From contig CBDVDH010000013.1 of assembly GCA_965372715.1 (NCBI GenBank), positions 1-64,000 on the forward strand: 64,000 nt of DNA, in the 5' to 3' direction. Below the pieces are notes generated by a model that was not told where the DNA came from, searched no databases, and was given only the letters and a program-made list of their open reading frames with translations. Of the stretch, positions 41,842 to 51,879 are shown one piece after another. This DNA is from an uncultured bacterium (GTDB taxonomy: Bacteria > B130-G9). Every line of letters begins with the position of its first letter. Position 1 is the first letter of the stretch. The translations under genes and the position numbers were made by a program.

Positions 41842-44025
41842 CTACGGTTCGGCGAGCTGGAAGGTAGCGGTGCTTATTCCCCCTATGAACTCGGATGTCC
41901 AAGCGTCTGAAATCGCCGCCGCGAACGCATAGTATCCGGGTTCGACGATTGGTGGGAAATACGATGGCAGGTCGATCGTAATGAACGGATCGAGTGTCAT
42001 GTTGGCCCCGGAGGGGATAGTAATGCTCTCCGCCCATGGGCAAACATCCGCTTCTTGCCATCTGCCTTCGGCCGTGAAACAGTAAAGGTCGCCTGCGCCT
42101 GTGATCAGCCCAACGTAAACGTCGAGCGACCTCGTCTCGCCGGGATTTGAGAGCGAAAGCGCACAGACGAGGCTCTCGCCGGGCGTGTAGTTGGGGCTTG
42201 AGACAGACACCGCGACCTCGGGCTGGTCCTTTGGAGTGAACTCTATCCTTGTTACGCCGCCAAGAGTCGCCACCCACACGTCACCCTCGTCATCCATGCA
42301 AATGCCTTCTGCCCTGTTGTCTGCAAGCCCTTCGCCTTGGGTGAAGCTCTCAAATCTCTCGCCGTCGTAACGCGAGATGCCGCCCGGTGTGCCGAACCAG
42401 ACGTCGCCGTAAGGCCCGTAGCTGATGGCCGTCACGACAAAGCCTGCCAGCCCCTGCACCTTATCAAATGTCGTCATGCCTTCCTCGTCCCAGCGTACTG
42501 CGCCCATGCTCGTGCCCAGCCACACGACATCATCACGCTCTGCGTTCATCGAGTAGATGCTGTTGGACGGTAGCCCGTCATCAACCGTATAGTGGCGCAT
42601 TTGGCCGCCATCCAGTACCGCGAGCCCTCCCCCAGCGGAGCGATTCCCCATGAGGATAACTCCCGCCGGACTGACTGCTACGACCTCGACCGACACAAAA
42701 GGAAGGCCGTCATCTGTAGTCAGCGAATGGAAGTTCACGCCGTCAAACGCAGAAAGGCCCCCATCGGTCCCTGCAAGCACCAAATCGCCCAGCATCGCGA
42801 GCGAATGAACAGTATTGTCGCATAGCCCGTCGCTGGTGTCGAAAAAAGTCCATTCCTCGCCGTCGAGGCGCACGAGCCCAGCTTCGTTGGTTCCGGCCCA
42901 CAGTCTGCCAGCCGGGTCCTCCACGATTCCATTCACCGTGCCGAGGGGTTTTCCCGCTACATCCGAATAAGAACGCCACAGTCCACCCGATTGCACGGAC
43001 AGGCCGCCTTCGCATCCGAACCACACGTTGCCATCGGTAGTCGCCGTTACGCATTGAACGCGATTATCCAACACACCCTGGAGCGACGCGAGAAGGACGA
43101 TGTTATTCTGATGCCAGCACCAGAGCCCGCTTTTGGCTGTTCCCACATAGACGTTACCGTCCTCGTCTGCCGCGATCGACAAGAGCTGATCGTCTGGCAG
43201 ACCATCCATACGATTGAAGGATAGCCAGCTGGAGCCGCCGTAAAGCGATATGCCGATCTCCGTCACGGCCCAGACATAGCCGTGCGGGTCCGTGAAGAGG
43301 TCGGCGATGACCGAGCCTTCAATGCCGTCGCCTCCGGTGAACGTCCGCCAGTCGCTGCCATCGAAGAGACAGACCCCTTCACCGTGAGTGCCGACGAAGA
43401 GGCCGTCCAAGGACGCGGTCAGACAGTTGACGTTGTCGCTGGCAAGCCCCTCAACTGAGGTGATCTCTCCCCAGTCCGAGCCGTCGAACACCGCTAGTCC
43501 CTCGGTCGTGGCGAAGTAGAGAGCGCCTGCGTATTCTGCAATGTCCCTGACCCAATTGTCGATAAGCCCGTCCTGCGTTGTATAGCTCACAAAGTCTTGC
43601 CAGTCAAAGGCCGTGACGCCGCCCGTCGTGCCAAACCAGACGCTGCCGTCGCTCTTGACATAAACCGCCTCAACCCTCGGGCTGACCAGCCCCGTGGTCT
43701 CGTCGAAGCTGGTCCACGTCTCGTTGTATAGCCTGCTTGCGCCTCCGAAGGCCCCTGCCCACACGCCGGACGAAAGGTCTGGTGCGAGGGAGGAGACCTG
43801 GTTGTGAACCAGCCCTCTCGATGTCGTGAATATCTCGCTCGAACCATCCACCATGCACCACCGCACAAGGCCGCCGTCCGTCCCAACCCAGATGAACGGG
43901 CCCTCGACGAGTATCGCCCTTGTGATGATATTGGTGTTTGTGAAGGTCTCAAACCTCACTGCCCGCGAGAGAACCGGGAAACTCAAGACCGCCACCAGCA
44001 AGACCGAAACAACGAATCTTCTCAT
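41842..44025 (-). CDS. secreted two-component-regulator-propeller repeat protein
   Basis: signal peptide; repeated DGL..N.V...G.VWFGT.GG blades; no TM anchor or kinase domain. Confidence 0.88.
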   Translation of the reverse strand: MRRFVVSVLLVAVLSFPVLSRAVRFETFTNTNIITRAILVEGPFIWVGTDGGLVRWCMVDGSSEIFTTSRGLVHNQVSSLAPDLSSGVWAGAFGGASRLYNETWTSFDETTGLVSPRVEAVYVKSDGSVWFGTTGGVTAFDWQDFVSYTTQDGLIDNWVRDIAEYAGALYFATTEGLAVFDGSDWGEITSVEGLASDNVNCLTASLDGLFVGTHGEGVCLFDGSDWRTFTGGDGIEGSVIADLFTDPHGYVWAVTEIGISLYGGSSWLSFNRMDGLPDDQLLSIAADEDGNVYVGTAKSGLWCWHQNNIVLLASLQGVLDNRVQCVTATTDGNVWFGCEGGLSVQSGGLWRSYSDVAGKPLGTVNGIVEDPAGRLWAGTNEAGLVRLDGEEWTFFDTSDGLCDNTVHSLAMLGDLVLAGTDGGLSAFDGVNFHSLTTDDGLPFVSVEVVAVSPAGVILMGNRSAGGGLAVLDGGQMRHYTVDDGLPSNSIYSMNAERDDVVWLGTSMGAVRWDEEGMTTFDKVQGLAGFVVTAISYGPYGDVWFGTPGGISRYDGERFESFTQGEGLADNRAEGICMDDEGDVWVATLGGVTRIEFTPKDQPEVAVSVSSPNYTPGESLVCALSLSNPGETRSLDVYVGLITGAGDLYCFTAEGRWQEADVCPWAESITIPSGANMTLDPFITIDLPSYFPPIVEPGYYAFAAAISDAWTSEFIGGISTATFQLAEP

Positions 44026-44657
44026 AGCTCACTCCTTCCTCACAGAGCCATAGCTTTGGTGAATCCTCTAATCGACCTTGGCAGTGTCAAATCCAAACCG
44101 CGACCACCGGTACGGTGCGCTTCACAGTATAATCTAATCTCCTTTGTCAGGAATATCAAGCCAGAATCCCGAAAAATCAGATTGAGGGTGATAGACCTCG
44201 CGTAGTCCACTCGTTTGGCCTTCTCAGCTTGCAGTTATCGCGACTCCGGTCGGTTTCTGACCTGCAACCGTTGGGTGCCTGGGAGTGCGTTCACCGCGTC
44301 AAAGACTCGCCGAACGGAGAGGAGAACGCTTTGGCTTGACGCGGCCTGACGCGGCACGGGCTCTGGCGAGCAACGTCCTATCCTCCGGAGCGCCGCTTCC
44401 AAACGCGAAAGAGCGATCTATCAGAGAGCGGCGCCGGGTCACCGCCAATGAAGTCCGCCGCGCGGCGGACGCACTCCAAAAGGGCCGCCGCCGAGCCCGA
44501 CACCCCTCAATCTGATCCTTCGCGGTGTCACCCCTTCCTTGACAATAGGTGGCAAGCTAGTGATCATTTTGCTGATGCTTTTTTTGTAGATTGGGCTCAA
44601 AGCCGGGGGACATACTTACCCTGGCCGGGAGCACCGAACGATAATAAGGAAGAGAAA

Positions 44658-45587
44658 TTGGCAGACAATGTGGCCATCTCTAAGAAGGATTTAGAGAGCT
44701 CCCTGAAAGAGGGCGAGAGACCGGGCGTGCTGATCCTTACAGGCCAGGACCTTCAGGGAATCAGCGTTGAGCAAGCAGACCTGAGGCAGGCCTTCTTGGA
44801 CAACAACGATTTTCGGGGCGCCGACCTCAAAATGACAGATATGAGCTTCTCGCGGCTGACCTTCTGCGCTCTCGATTTTGCGGACCTTTCCGCTGCCAAC
44901 CTCACTCACGCGGATTTCTGCGGCTCTTCGCTTCGCCACGCGCGCCTCGTTGCGACGTTCTTGCCTAGCGCGAATTTCCAGAAAACTGATTTGGGTGCCG
45001 CCGACCTAAAACACTCCTATGCGGCCAGCGCAATCTTCAAGGACGCCAATTTGAAGTTCTCGGTCATGTCCTTCTGCGATCTCTCAGACGCCATCCTGGA
45101 CGGAGCCAACCTCACCGGCTGTACGCTCAGGGAATCGTCGCTCAAAGCGGCCCACCTGATTGGCGCGTTTCTTCGCGGGACTGATCTCAGAGGCACCAAC
45201 TTGAAGGGCGCAGTTATGGATCGCTCGCTCGTTCTTAGCTGTGACCTGAGAGGCGCAACGTTACTTGGCATCTCGCTCAAAGGGGCCACGCTTCGCAACG
45301 TGGTTACGGAAAAGGCCAATCTGGCGGGAGCCTCCCTCGTTGGTTCTCGGATTGCGGGATGTGATTTCTCCAAATCGAACCTATCAAGGGCCAATTTCGC
45401 ATCGGCGGAGATAACCGACACCCAATTCGACGGGGACTATCTCAATTTCTCGTCTTTTGCCGGCGCTGAACTCAAGAACTGCTCATTCTCGGAGGCACAT
45501 CTCGAGAACGCGGATTTCACCGGGGCCAGGCTCTCAAATGTCGATTTCCACGGGGTCAACTTGAGCACCGTGAAGGGCCTTATGTAG
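44658..45587 (+). CDS. pentapeptide repeat protein
   Basis: continuous A[DN]LxX repeats; TTG start after aagga RBS. Confidence 0.9.
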   Translation: MADNVAISKKDLESSLKEGERPGVLILTGQDLQGISVEQADLRQAFLDNNDFRGADLKMTDMSFSRLTFCALDFADLSAANLTHADFCGSSLRHARLVATFLPSANFQKTDLGAADLKHSYAASAIFKDANLKFSVMSFCDLSDAILDGANLTGCTLRESSLKAAHLIGAFLRGTDLRGTNLKGAVMDRSLVLSCDLRGATLLGISLKGATLRNVVTEKANLAGASLVGSRIAGCDFSKSNLSRANFASAEITDTQFDGDYLNFSSFAGAELKNCSFSEAHLENADFTGARLSNVDFHGVNLSTVKGLM

Positions 45588-45720
45588 GGGTGCTGCTTGG
45601 CCGCACCCCCTTGCTCTTAGGGCGGGGCAAGCGCCGCCCCTACACGACGGGGATGCCCCTGCAGTGGCAGGCTGGAAAAGCCCGGCCCCACATGCGATCG
45701 GAACCCCGAACCGGAGCCGT

Positions 45721-46134
45721 TCAGTCCCCTCCTGCAGCATAGGGCGTGGTCGCAATTGCGATTCGCTCAAATCCGACCTGTTTGGCCGTGTCCATCACGC
45801 GCACTACTGAGCCGTGCTTCACGTTTTCGTCCGCCTTTATGACGAGCAGACCTTGCTCAGTGCGCTTTCGTTCGTGAGTGAGAGCGGCGGCGAGACCCTC
45901 CCACTTGACCTTCTCGTCGCCGACGAAGACTAGCCCGGCTGCCGTCACGGTCAATCGCGTCGCATCTCCATGAGATGTATCCGAGGTTTTCGCCTGAGGC
46001 AACCTGATGCTTATCCCGGGCTGAGCGACGAAACTCGTGGAGATCATGAAGAAAATCAGAAGCAGAAGCACCACGTCAATCAGCTGGGTCAGGTTTATCT
46101 CCGGCCTCGGCGGCCCCGTCGCTCCGAAATCCAA
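45721..46134 (-). CDS. exbD: ExbD/TolR biopolymer transport protein
   Basis: INLTQLIDVVLLLLIFFMI, KAD..V.HG.VV.VMD. Confidence 0.92.
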   Translation of the reverse strand: MDFGATGPPRPEINLTQLIDVVLLLLIFFMISTSFVAQPGISIRLPQAKTSDTSHGDATRLTVTAAGLVFVGDEKVKWEGLAAALTHERKRTEQGLLVIKADENVKHGSVVRVMDTAKQVGFERIAIATTPYAAGGD

Positions 46135-46246
46135 TCACAATCCTCCTCTTCTAAGCAGGCATTCTCACAATTAGAGGCTCCGCTGTCAAACCACGAGCGA
46201 ACGCGGCAATCCTGTAGGGGCAGGCCCCCGTGCCTGCCCTCCTACC

Positions 46247-47944
46247 TCAACCGCCAACCGCCCCAACGTTCTGAACAAGCGTGTCGATGACGCTCTTCCG
46301 TATGGCCTCAGAGAGCGTCTTGCACGCGGCCAAGAGCTCGTCAGCCTCGGCCTTTGTCTTTTCTACGAAATCCTTGTCCTCGATGCCGGCCAGGTTGATT
46401 ACCACGTTCATATAGGCGCCCTCGGCCGCGGCGTAGCCCATGAGCGCGGAGACGCCGGCGTCGCTGAGCGAGTTGACGTTGCCCCGCTCCGCCACAGTCT
46501 TTGAGAGCTTCAGCGCATCGAGCGACTTCCTCAGCACAGAGAGCGGAACCAGCGTCGCCTCCTTGGTCGCCTCCTGAATCGCCTCGTTCCGCGCCTCCTT
46601 CTGCTCGGGCGTCTTTTTCTTCATGCGCATCTTCGCCATGACGTTGTCGAAGGCCTCGGCGTCCGCGTCAATCGTCTGAAGGAACTCGTCCTTCATCGGC
46701 TGCCCAGCGAGCGCGACCTCGGCCATCTCGTCGTTCTTGTCTTCGTAGCCCTTCTTGCCGTGCGTCAGGTTCGCAACCATCGCCGCAAGCGAGGCGCACA
46801 TGGCGCCAGCGAGCGCTGCGACGCTTCCGCCGCCGGGCGCCGGCGAATCGGTCGAGAGCTCGTCCGCGAAATCGCAGAGCGTCATGGCCCTGAGAGCGTT
46901 CTCATCGTCGGCGAACTGATACTCGATGATCTTCTCCTTCGGATTGAAAGGCGCGACCTCGCTCATGCCCAGCGACTGCGCCGCGATGCGGATCAGCTCT
47001 TTCTCCGGCTGGCCGGGGCATTTGCCCTGCTTTTCGAGGTAGTAGCGGCCAGCTGCGAGCATCGCCGCCTTCGGGATGAGGCCGACGAGCTCGGTTCCCG
47101 TTACGACCAGCCCCCGCTTCAGCGCCTCCTCACGGCAGACCTCAACCGCGAGATGATGCGGCGTCACCTTGTAGTTGGTCAGGTTCATCGAAATCTGCGC
47201 CATCGAATACTCGTCGATGTACCAGCCCGTGCCCTTGCAGAACGTCAGCCGGCCTGGAACATTGATCGCCTTGCCGTTCTTGTCCCGGACGATCTTGCCG
47301 TTCTCGTCGCGCTTGGAGCGGCCCGCCTCGCGGATGCTCATCGCGATATCTCTTGCCTTCTTTCCGTCCCGGGTATTCAGGTTGACGTTGTAGGCGATTA
47401 GAAACTCCCTTGCCCCTATCGTCGTGAGGCCGGACTTGGCGTTGAAAACTGGCGCCCCGAAGTCAGGCGCCCACTCCGGGTCCTTGAGCTTCTCAGGCAG
47501 CCCCTCGTATTCACCCTTGCGGCAGTTCGCTAAGTTCTGCCGTTCAGGCTTCTGAGCCGCCTCCTCATATAGATAGACTGGAATGCCGAGCTCATCCGCC
47601 ACGCGCTTTCCGACCTCCTTCGCTATCTCAACGCAGTCGTCCATCGTAACGCCCGCCACAGGGACGAAAGGGCACACGTCGGTTGCGCCCATCCGGCCGT
47701 GAGCACCCTTGTGCTTGCTCATGTCGATGAGCTGCTGCGCCTTTTTGATCGCCTTGAAAGCCGCCTCTTTGGCAGCTTCCGGCGTCCCAATGAACGTTAC
47801 GACCGTGCGATTTGTGTCCGCGCCCGGGTCAACGTCGAGGAGCTTAACGCCCGCCGTATCCGCAATCTCGCCCGTTATCTCGTCGATGACCGCCCTGTCC
47901 CGGCCCTCGCTGAAATTCGGCACACACTCCACAAGCTTCAACAT
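46247..47944 (-). CDS. ftcD: glutamate formimidoyltransferase / formiminotetrahydrofolate cyclodeaminase
   Basis: ECVPNFSEGR, H.RMGATDVCPF, PAPGGGS. Confidence 0.96.
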   Translation of the reverse strand: MLKLVECVPNFSEGRDRAVIDEITGEIADTAGVKLLDVDPGADTNRTVVTFIGTPEAAKEAAFKAIKKAQQLIDMSKHKGAHGRMGATDVCPFVPVAGVTMDDCVEIAKEVGKRVADELGIPVYLYEEAAQKPERQNLANCRKGEYEGLPEKLKDPEWAPDFGAPVFNAKSGLTTIGAREFLIAYNVNLNTRDGKKARDIAMSIREAGRSKRDENGKIVRDKNGKAINVPGRLTFCKGTGWYIDEYSMAQISMNLTNYKVTPHHLAVEVCREEALKRGLVVTGTELVGLIPKAAMLAAGRYYLEKQGKCPGQPEKELIRIAAQSLGMSEVAPFNPKEKIIEYQFADDENALRAMTLCDFADELSTDSPAPGGGSVAALAGAMCASLAAMVANLTHGKKGYEDKNDEMAEVALAGQPMKDEFLQTIDADAEAFDNVMAKMRMKKKTPEQKEARNEAIQEATKEATLVPLSVLRKSLDALKLSKTVAERGNVNSLSDAGVSALMGYAAAEGAYMNVVINLAGIEDKDFVEKTKAEADELLAACKTLSEAIRKSVIDTLVQNVGAVGG

Positions 47945-48041
47945 GCTCTCACCTCTTAATCTCAAATGCTGATTCGTCTGCTAATGGCCCAAAATTGCAG
48001 TCTATAATAATATGCGAGGGACGGGGGAGGTCAAGGAGGCA
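47918..48041. repeat. direct repeat copy A (ftcD promoter, RBS and first codons)
   Basis: closely matches 48503-48621. Confidence 0.9.
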
Positions 48042-48069
48042 GTTCTAATTGCGGATTGCGGATTGGGGA

Positions 48070-48429
48070 TTACTGGTGTAAGCGGGCTGTCTTGATGGAA
48101 CTGACGACCATCGAGAGGATTTCATTTGCCTCTTTCTTGAGATCGGCGACTCGGCTTTCATCCACCAGGCCAGCCTCGACGATCAGCTCCATCCAATAGA
48201 CCGCCTCGTCGCATTCCTCCTCGACGATTGCCATTTTCGCGACGAAATCTTTGGGGGATTTGGCTCGGCAAGATGCTCGGTAATTCGCCCCGACCGACGT
48301 CCCGCATCGAATTAGCTGTCTACCGGTAACATCTGCCGTCCGCGACTTAGGCAATGCCTCAACGAGCCGAATCACGCTCAGGGCAAATGCCTTCGTCCTG
48401 TTCCTGAATTCCTCAGCATTCATAGCCAA
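48070..48429 (-). CDS. four helix bundle protein (23S rRNA IVP family)
   Basis: RTKAFA, QLIRCGTSVGANYR..CRAKS..DF..K..IVEEE.DE..YWME. Confidence 0.94.
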   Translation of the reverse strand: MAMNAEEFRNRTKAFALSVIRLVEALPKSRTADVTGRQLIRCGTSVGANYRASCRAKSPKDFVAKMAIVEEECDEAVYWMELIVEAGLVDESRVADLKKEANEILSMVVSSIKTARLHQ

Positions 48430-48502
48430 AATAATATGGATAATCTCTCAATTCCGCAATCCGAAATCCCCAATCCGCAATCCGAAATCCCCAATCCGAA
48501 AT

Positions 48503-48621
48503 CGGCACGCTCCACAAGCCTCAACATACTTCCACCTCTTAATCTCAAACGCTGATTCGTCTGGTAACAGCCCCAAATCGCAGTCTATAATATGCGAGGG
48601 GAGGGCGAGGTCAAGGAGGCA
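48503..48621. repeat. direct repeat copy B (duplicated ftcD promoter and start)
   Basis: cacctcttaatctcaaaYgctgattcgtctg...gcagtctataa...tatgcgaggg...gaggtcaaggaggca is shared with copy A. Confidence 0.9.
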
Positions 48622-48861
48622 ATCGGCACCCCACAATCCGCGGCCTACACCAAAGGCCACCCAACCGACGCTATGACCATTCTCCGGACTCCGCCTGTCA
48701 CTTCTTTTTCAGACACCGTGCGGTCGAGGCGAGGTTAAAGCAGGATCCTGTCCCGATTCGCATTTGTTATGCCACTTGAGTTCATGGTAGAGTTGACAGA
48801 GCCGGACGACGGCTTAATTCGCTGCCAGTAGACATCAGATAGCGAACATAGGAGTGACAGC

Positions 48862-49995
48862 TTGAGGGTCGAATCCGTGGATGTTCTCCAGAACACGTTG
48901 GCTGACTCCGTCTTTCATTACGCCTCGGATCGCAAGAAGGCGGCCGGTCGCGCGCTGGGCACGCTCGTGGAACTCGTAACGTTCTACACGCTGCGCGCCT
49001 GGGGTCTTTGTGACCACATCGTAATCGAACGCTCGATACCTGAGTTTGCCAATCCGGATATTCTGCATAATGTCGAGTTCTCGCTGCACCCAATCACCGC
49101 ACGGTACGCGGTTGTCGTCGATCCCCTGCATCTGCCACTCACCCCCGCGAAACTCAGAGGACACATCGTTCACCTGAATACAAGAAGACTCAAGTCTGTG
49201 CAACTCGTTTCCACGGATAACGTGAAACGTAACGCTTGCGTGCTTGTGGAGGACGAAGCGGGCATCGTCGTCGCCAATGTCGATCAGATAGGCCCCTCCA
49301 ACTGCCATGTGACCGTGTGTGAGCTTCTGCCTCACCCGTTTGCCATATTCGAGTGTAAGCGCGTGGGGGTAGAGGAAGGGATGCGCAAAGGGCCGCAAAC
49401 CATTGAGAAGGCGAAGCAGGGCGCCTATGTAGCTCGAACAGTGTCAGCTCTTCAGAAGGTCCGTCTTCGCAATGGGTAGTTTCAGGGGGTTGTGGAATTG
49501 CCAGATCGCACGTTCCACACCGGTCCCTACTCAGCAGTGCTCAAAGAGGTAATCGAAGGCTCATGTCCAGATCTCCTTCGTGGGTTCATCCTCACTGTCG
49601 GAGTTGTCAGCAATCACGGAAACTGGTTTACCTCGGACAATCCCAACAAAGAGCTTCGGGTTCTGGCACAGTCCTACGATTGGTTGCTCTTCCTTACGGA
49701 TGAGGGATTGTCACAGTTCATCGACAGACTTCTGCTGAACCCACCGCCAGAGCTGAATCCGGCGCGAGAGGCATTCCTCGCGAGCTACTCAGGTAGAGCC
49801 GGTCACAACAGGTTTACCAAGGTTCGGATTGGGGTCCTGGCAGACGAAGCGCTGCGAAGCTATTTCGGTACTCACGAGACCGAGGTTGAGACTTGGTTCA
49901 ACGTTATTGCTCCGCGGGGGCGCAACCTCAAAGGACTGATAGCCGACCTTCGCCGGTTGGCCGGCAAGAATTGGAAGGAAGTGGGTGTAGGATGA
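48862..49995 (+). pseudogene. probable Type II restriction endonuclease interrupted by an in-frame TAG (49477-49479)
   Basis: GRALGTLVE and FECKRVG motifs; ORFs 48862-49479 and 49492-49995 share a frame; ATGA-coupled to an MTase. Confidence 0.72.
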
Positions 49996-50585
49996 CCGCA
50001 GGACGTAACACGTCGTCTCTTAGCCAGGGTTGGTGCACACCGCCGAAGTACGTGAACGCAATCCGGAGGTTCTTCGGCGGGACGATCGAGCTAGATCCGT
50101 GCTCTAACCGCCATTCAATCGTTGACGCGAACGTCGAATACATGCTACCCGAGGTGGACGGACTTGCCGCGCAATGGGACTACCGCACAGTATTTGTCAA
50201 TCCACCGTATGGCGCGGATCGACGGCGCGGGACAACGATCCGCGACTGGCTCTGCAAGTGCGCGGACGCGCACTCAAGATATGGCGCCGAGGTTCTGGCG
50301 CTCGTTCCAGTGGCTGCAAACACCCAGCACTGGAAGCTTCACGTGTGGCGTGCAGCGACAGCGGTAGCGTTTCTCTACGACACGCGCCTCCGCTTCCTCG
50401 TTGAGGGTCGAAATAGCGGCAAGGGTGCTCCGATGTCCTGTGCAATGGTGTATTGGGGGCAGCACTATGACCGCTTTGAGAAGTCCTTTCTTAGATTCGG
50501 AGCGGTGGTTGATCTACGTCACTTGCATGACAAGAACGTTGGGGTCGCTGAACACCCAAGCCTATTTGACGCGCAAGCGGTGTAA
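49992..50585 (+). CDS. DNA N6-adenine methyltransferase (phage Dam-like)
   Basis: WCTP, LDPCS, DGL...W, VFVNPPY. Confidence 0.87.
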   Translation: MTAGRNTSSLSQGWCTPPKYVNAIRRFFGGTIELDPCSNRHSIVDANVEYMLPEVDGLAAQWDYRTVFVNPPYGADRRRGTTIRDWLCKCADAHSRYGAEVLALVPVAANTQHWKLHVWRAATAVAFLYDTRLRFLVEGRNSGKGAPMSCAMVYWGQHYDRFEKSFLRFGAVVDLRHLHDKNVGVAEHPSLFDAQAV

Positions 50586-50612
50586 TCTCCCGTCTAACCT
50601 GCAATTGGGAGA

Positions 50613-50789
50613 ATGAGCATGGATTCCAAATGCGAGATCTTCTTCTGGGGTGAGGCGGACGACGCGTTTGTGGCTGAGGTTCCCGAGCTTGCAGGCTGCA
50701 TGGCCGATGGCAAGACCTATCAGGAAGCGCTCTGGAATGCCGAGCAGATCATCAAGGAGTGGATCGAGACCGCCCGATCAAACAAATAA
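50613..50789 (+). CDS. HicB family antitoxin, C-terminally truncated (58 aa, absent from ORF track)
   Basis: manual translation FW.EADDAFVAEVPELAGCMADGKTYQEAL.NAEQIIKEWIETARSNK*. Confidence 0.82.
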   Translation: MSMDSKCEIFFWGEADDAFVAEVPELAGCMADGKTYQEALWNAEQIIKEWIETARSNK

Positions 50790-50870
50790 TCCGCAATCTG
50801 AAATCCGAAATTCGCAATTGGCGGGTCGCCTTGCCCGTATCCTCGTGTGAATAGGGCGAAATCCCTTGCG

Positions 50871-51845
50871 TTAGTGTTTAGGCGCCCTTGCGGCGTATTT
50901 CCTAAGCGAGGGCGGAAGCTTGTTGTAGGTGGTCGTGGGTGATGGGACCAGGGACGGCTGGCCGTTCTTCGCCATGATCGCCGTGCCCTTGTCCTTGTCC
51001 AGCAGGAACTCGACGAATGCCAAGGCGGCCTTCGGATTGCGCGAGCTCTTCGGAATCGTCACGCCATAGACCATCGGTGCGCCTCGCTTAGCAATGGTCT
51101 CACCTGGCTTCTTACCCGTCACGTCAACGGACACAGTCCCGTACCAATCGGCCAGCTCGGAGTTCTTGAGATTGATCTCGTCGGGAAGAAGGAGGTAGTT
51201 GAGCCTGTGCTGCCGGGCGACCGAACGATACAAGAAAACGTAATCGATCGCTCCCGCCTCGAGCAGGGCAAGAAGGTCAACCTCCTTTGGCCGGATGTAT
51301 CTAACGTCCTTTCTTAGCACCTCTGCGGCCAGGCCGGGTTTTTGGTAGTATTTCTCGGCGAGTCTCATCGTCAGGACGGCTCGATAGCCGCATGGGTCGC
51401 TATTGGGGTCTGACCTGCCGAACCTGACGCCTTTTTCCATCAGGACCTCAAACCAGTTATCACGGTTGATCCTGTCTGAACCACGGGAAGAATGATGATA
51501 GACGATCGTCATCTCATTTGCGGCGAACTTGATGTTCCAGTTCGCGTGTTCAGGAATCAAGAGTGTGTCGATGACGGTATAGTCGGCGGAGGCCATCACG
51601 TCACAAGGCCGCTTTAGGTCCGAGACCTTCCGGGCGCAGGTCCTGCTGCCGGCCGCCTCACAAAGCACCTTCACGTTGGGATGCTCCTTCATAAAAGCGC
51701 CCGCGATCTGTTTGAACGGGACGGCCAGGCTCCCGGCGTGGAAGACAACCAGCTTGCCGGAAAGACGAGGCTGTTCCTGCTCACATGACGCGACTGCGCT
51801 CACGATTGTGAGCGCAAGCATCAGCAATGCGGTTGGTGTCGTCAT
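50871..51845 (-). CDS. wtpA: tungstate/molybdate ABC transporter substrate-binding lipoprotein
   Basis: FHAGSL, EAAGS, ASADY, GRSDPNSDPCGYR, RPKE, YRSVA, YGVTIP. Confidence 0.9.
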   Translation of the reverse strand: MTTPTALLMLALTIVSAVASCEQEQPRLSGKLVVFHAGSLAVPFKQIAGAFMKEHPNVKVLCEAAGSRTCARKVSDLKRPCDVMASADYTVIDTLLIPEHANWNIKFAANEMTIVYHHSSRGSDRINRDNWFEVLMEKGVRFGRSDPNSDPCGYRAVLTMRLAEKYYQKPGLAAEVLRKDVRYIRPKEVDLLALLEAGAIDYVFLYRSVARQHRLNYLLLPDEINLKNSELADWYGTVSVDVTGKKPGETIAKRGAPMVYGVTIPKSSRNPKAALAFVEFLLDKDKGTAIMAKNGQPSLVPSPTTTYNKLPPSLRKYAARAPKH

Positions 51846-51879
51846 TCTGCCCTTTTGAACGACTGTGCCGACATTCTCT

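Noticed and set aside
49477-49479. pyrrolysine or TAG recoding
   Set aside because: No pyl genes are seen and TAG terminates many normal genes here, so a nonsense mutation is simpler.
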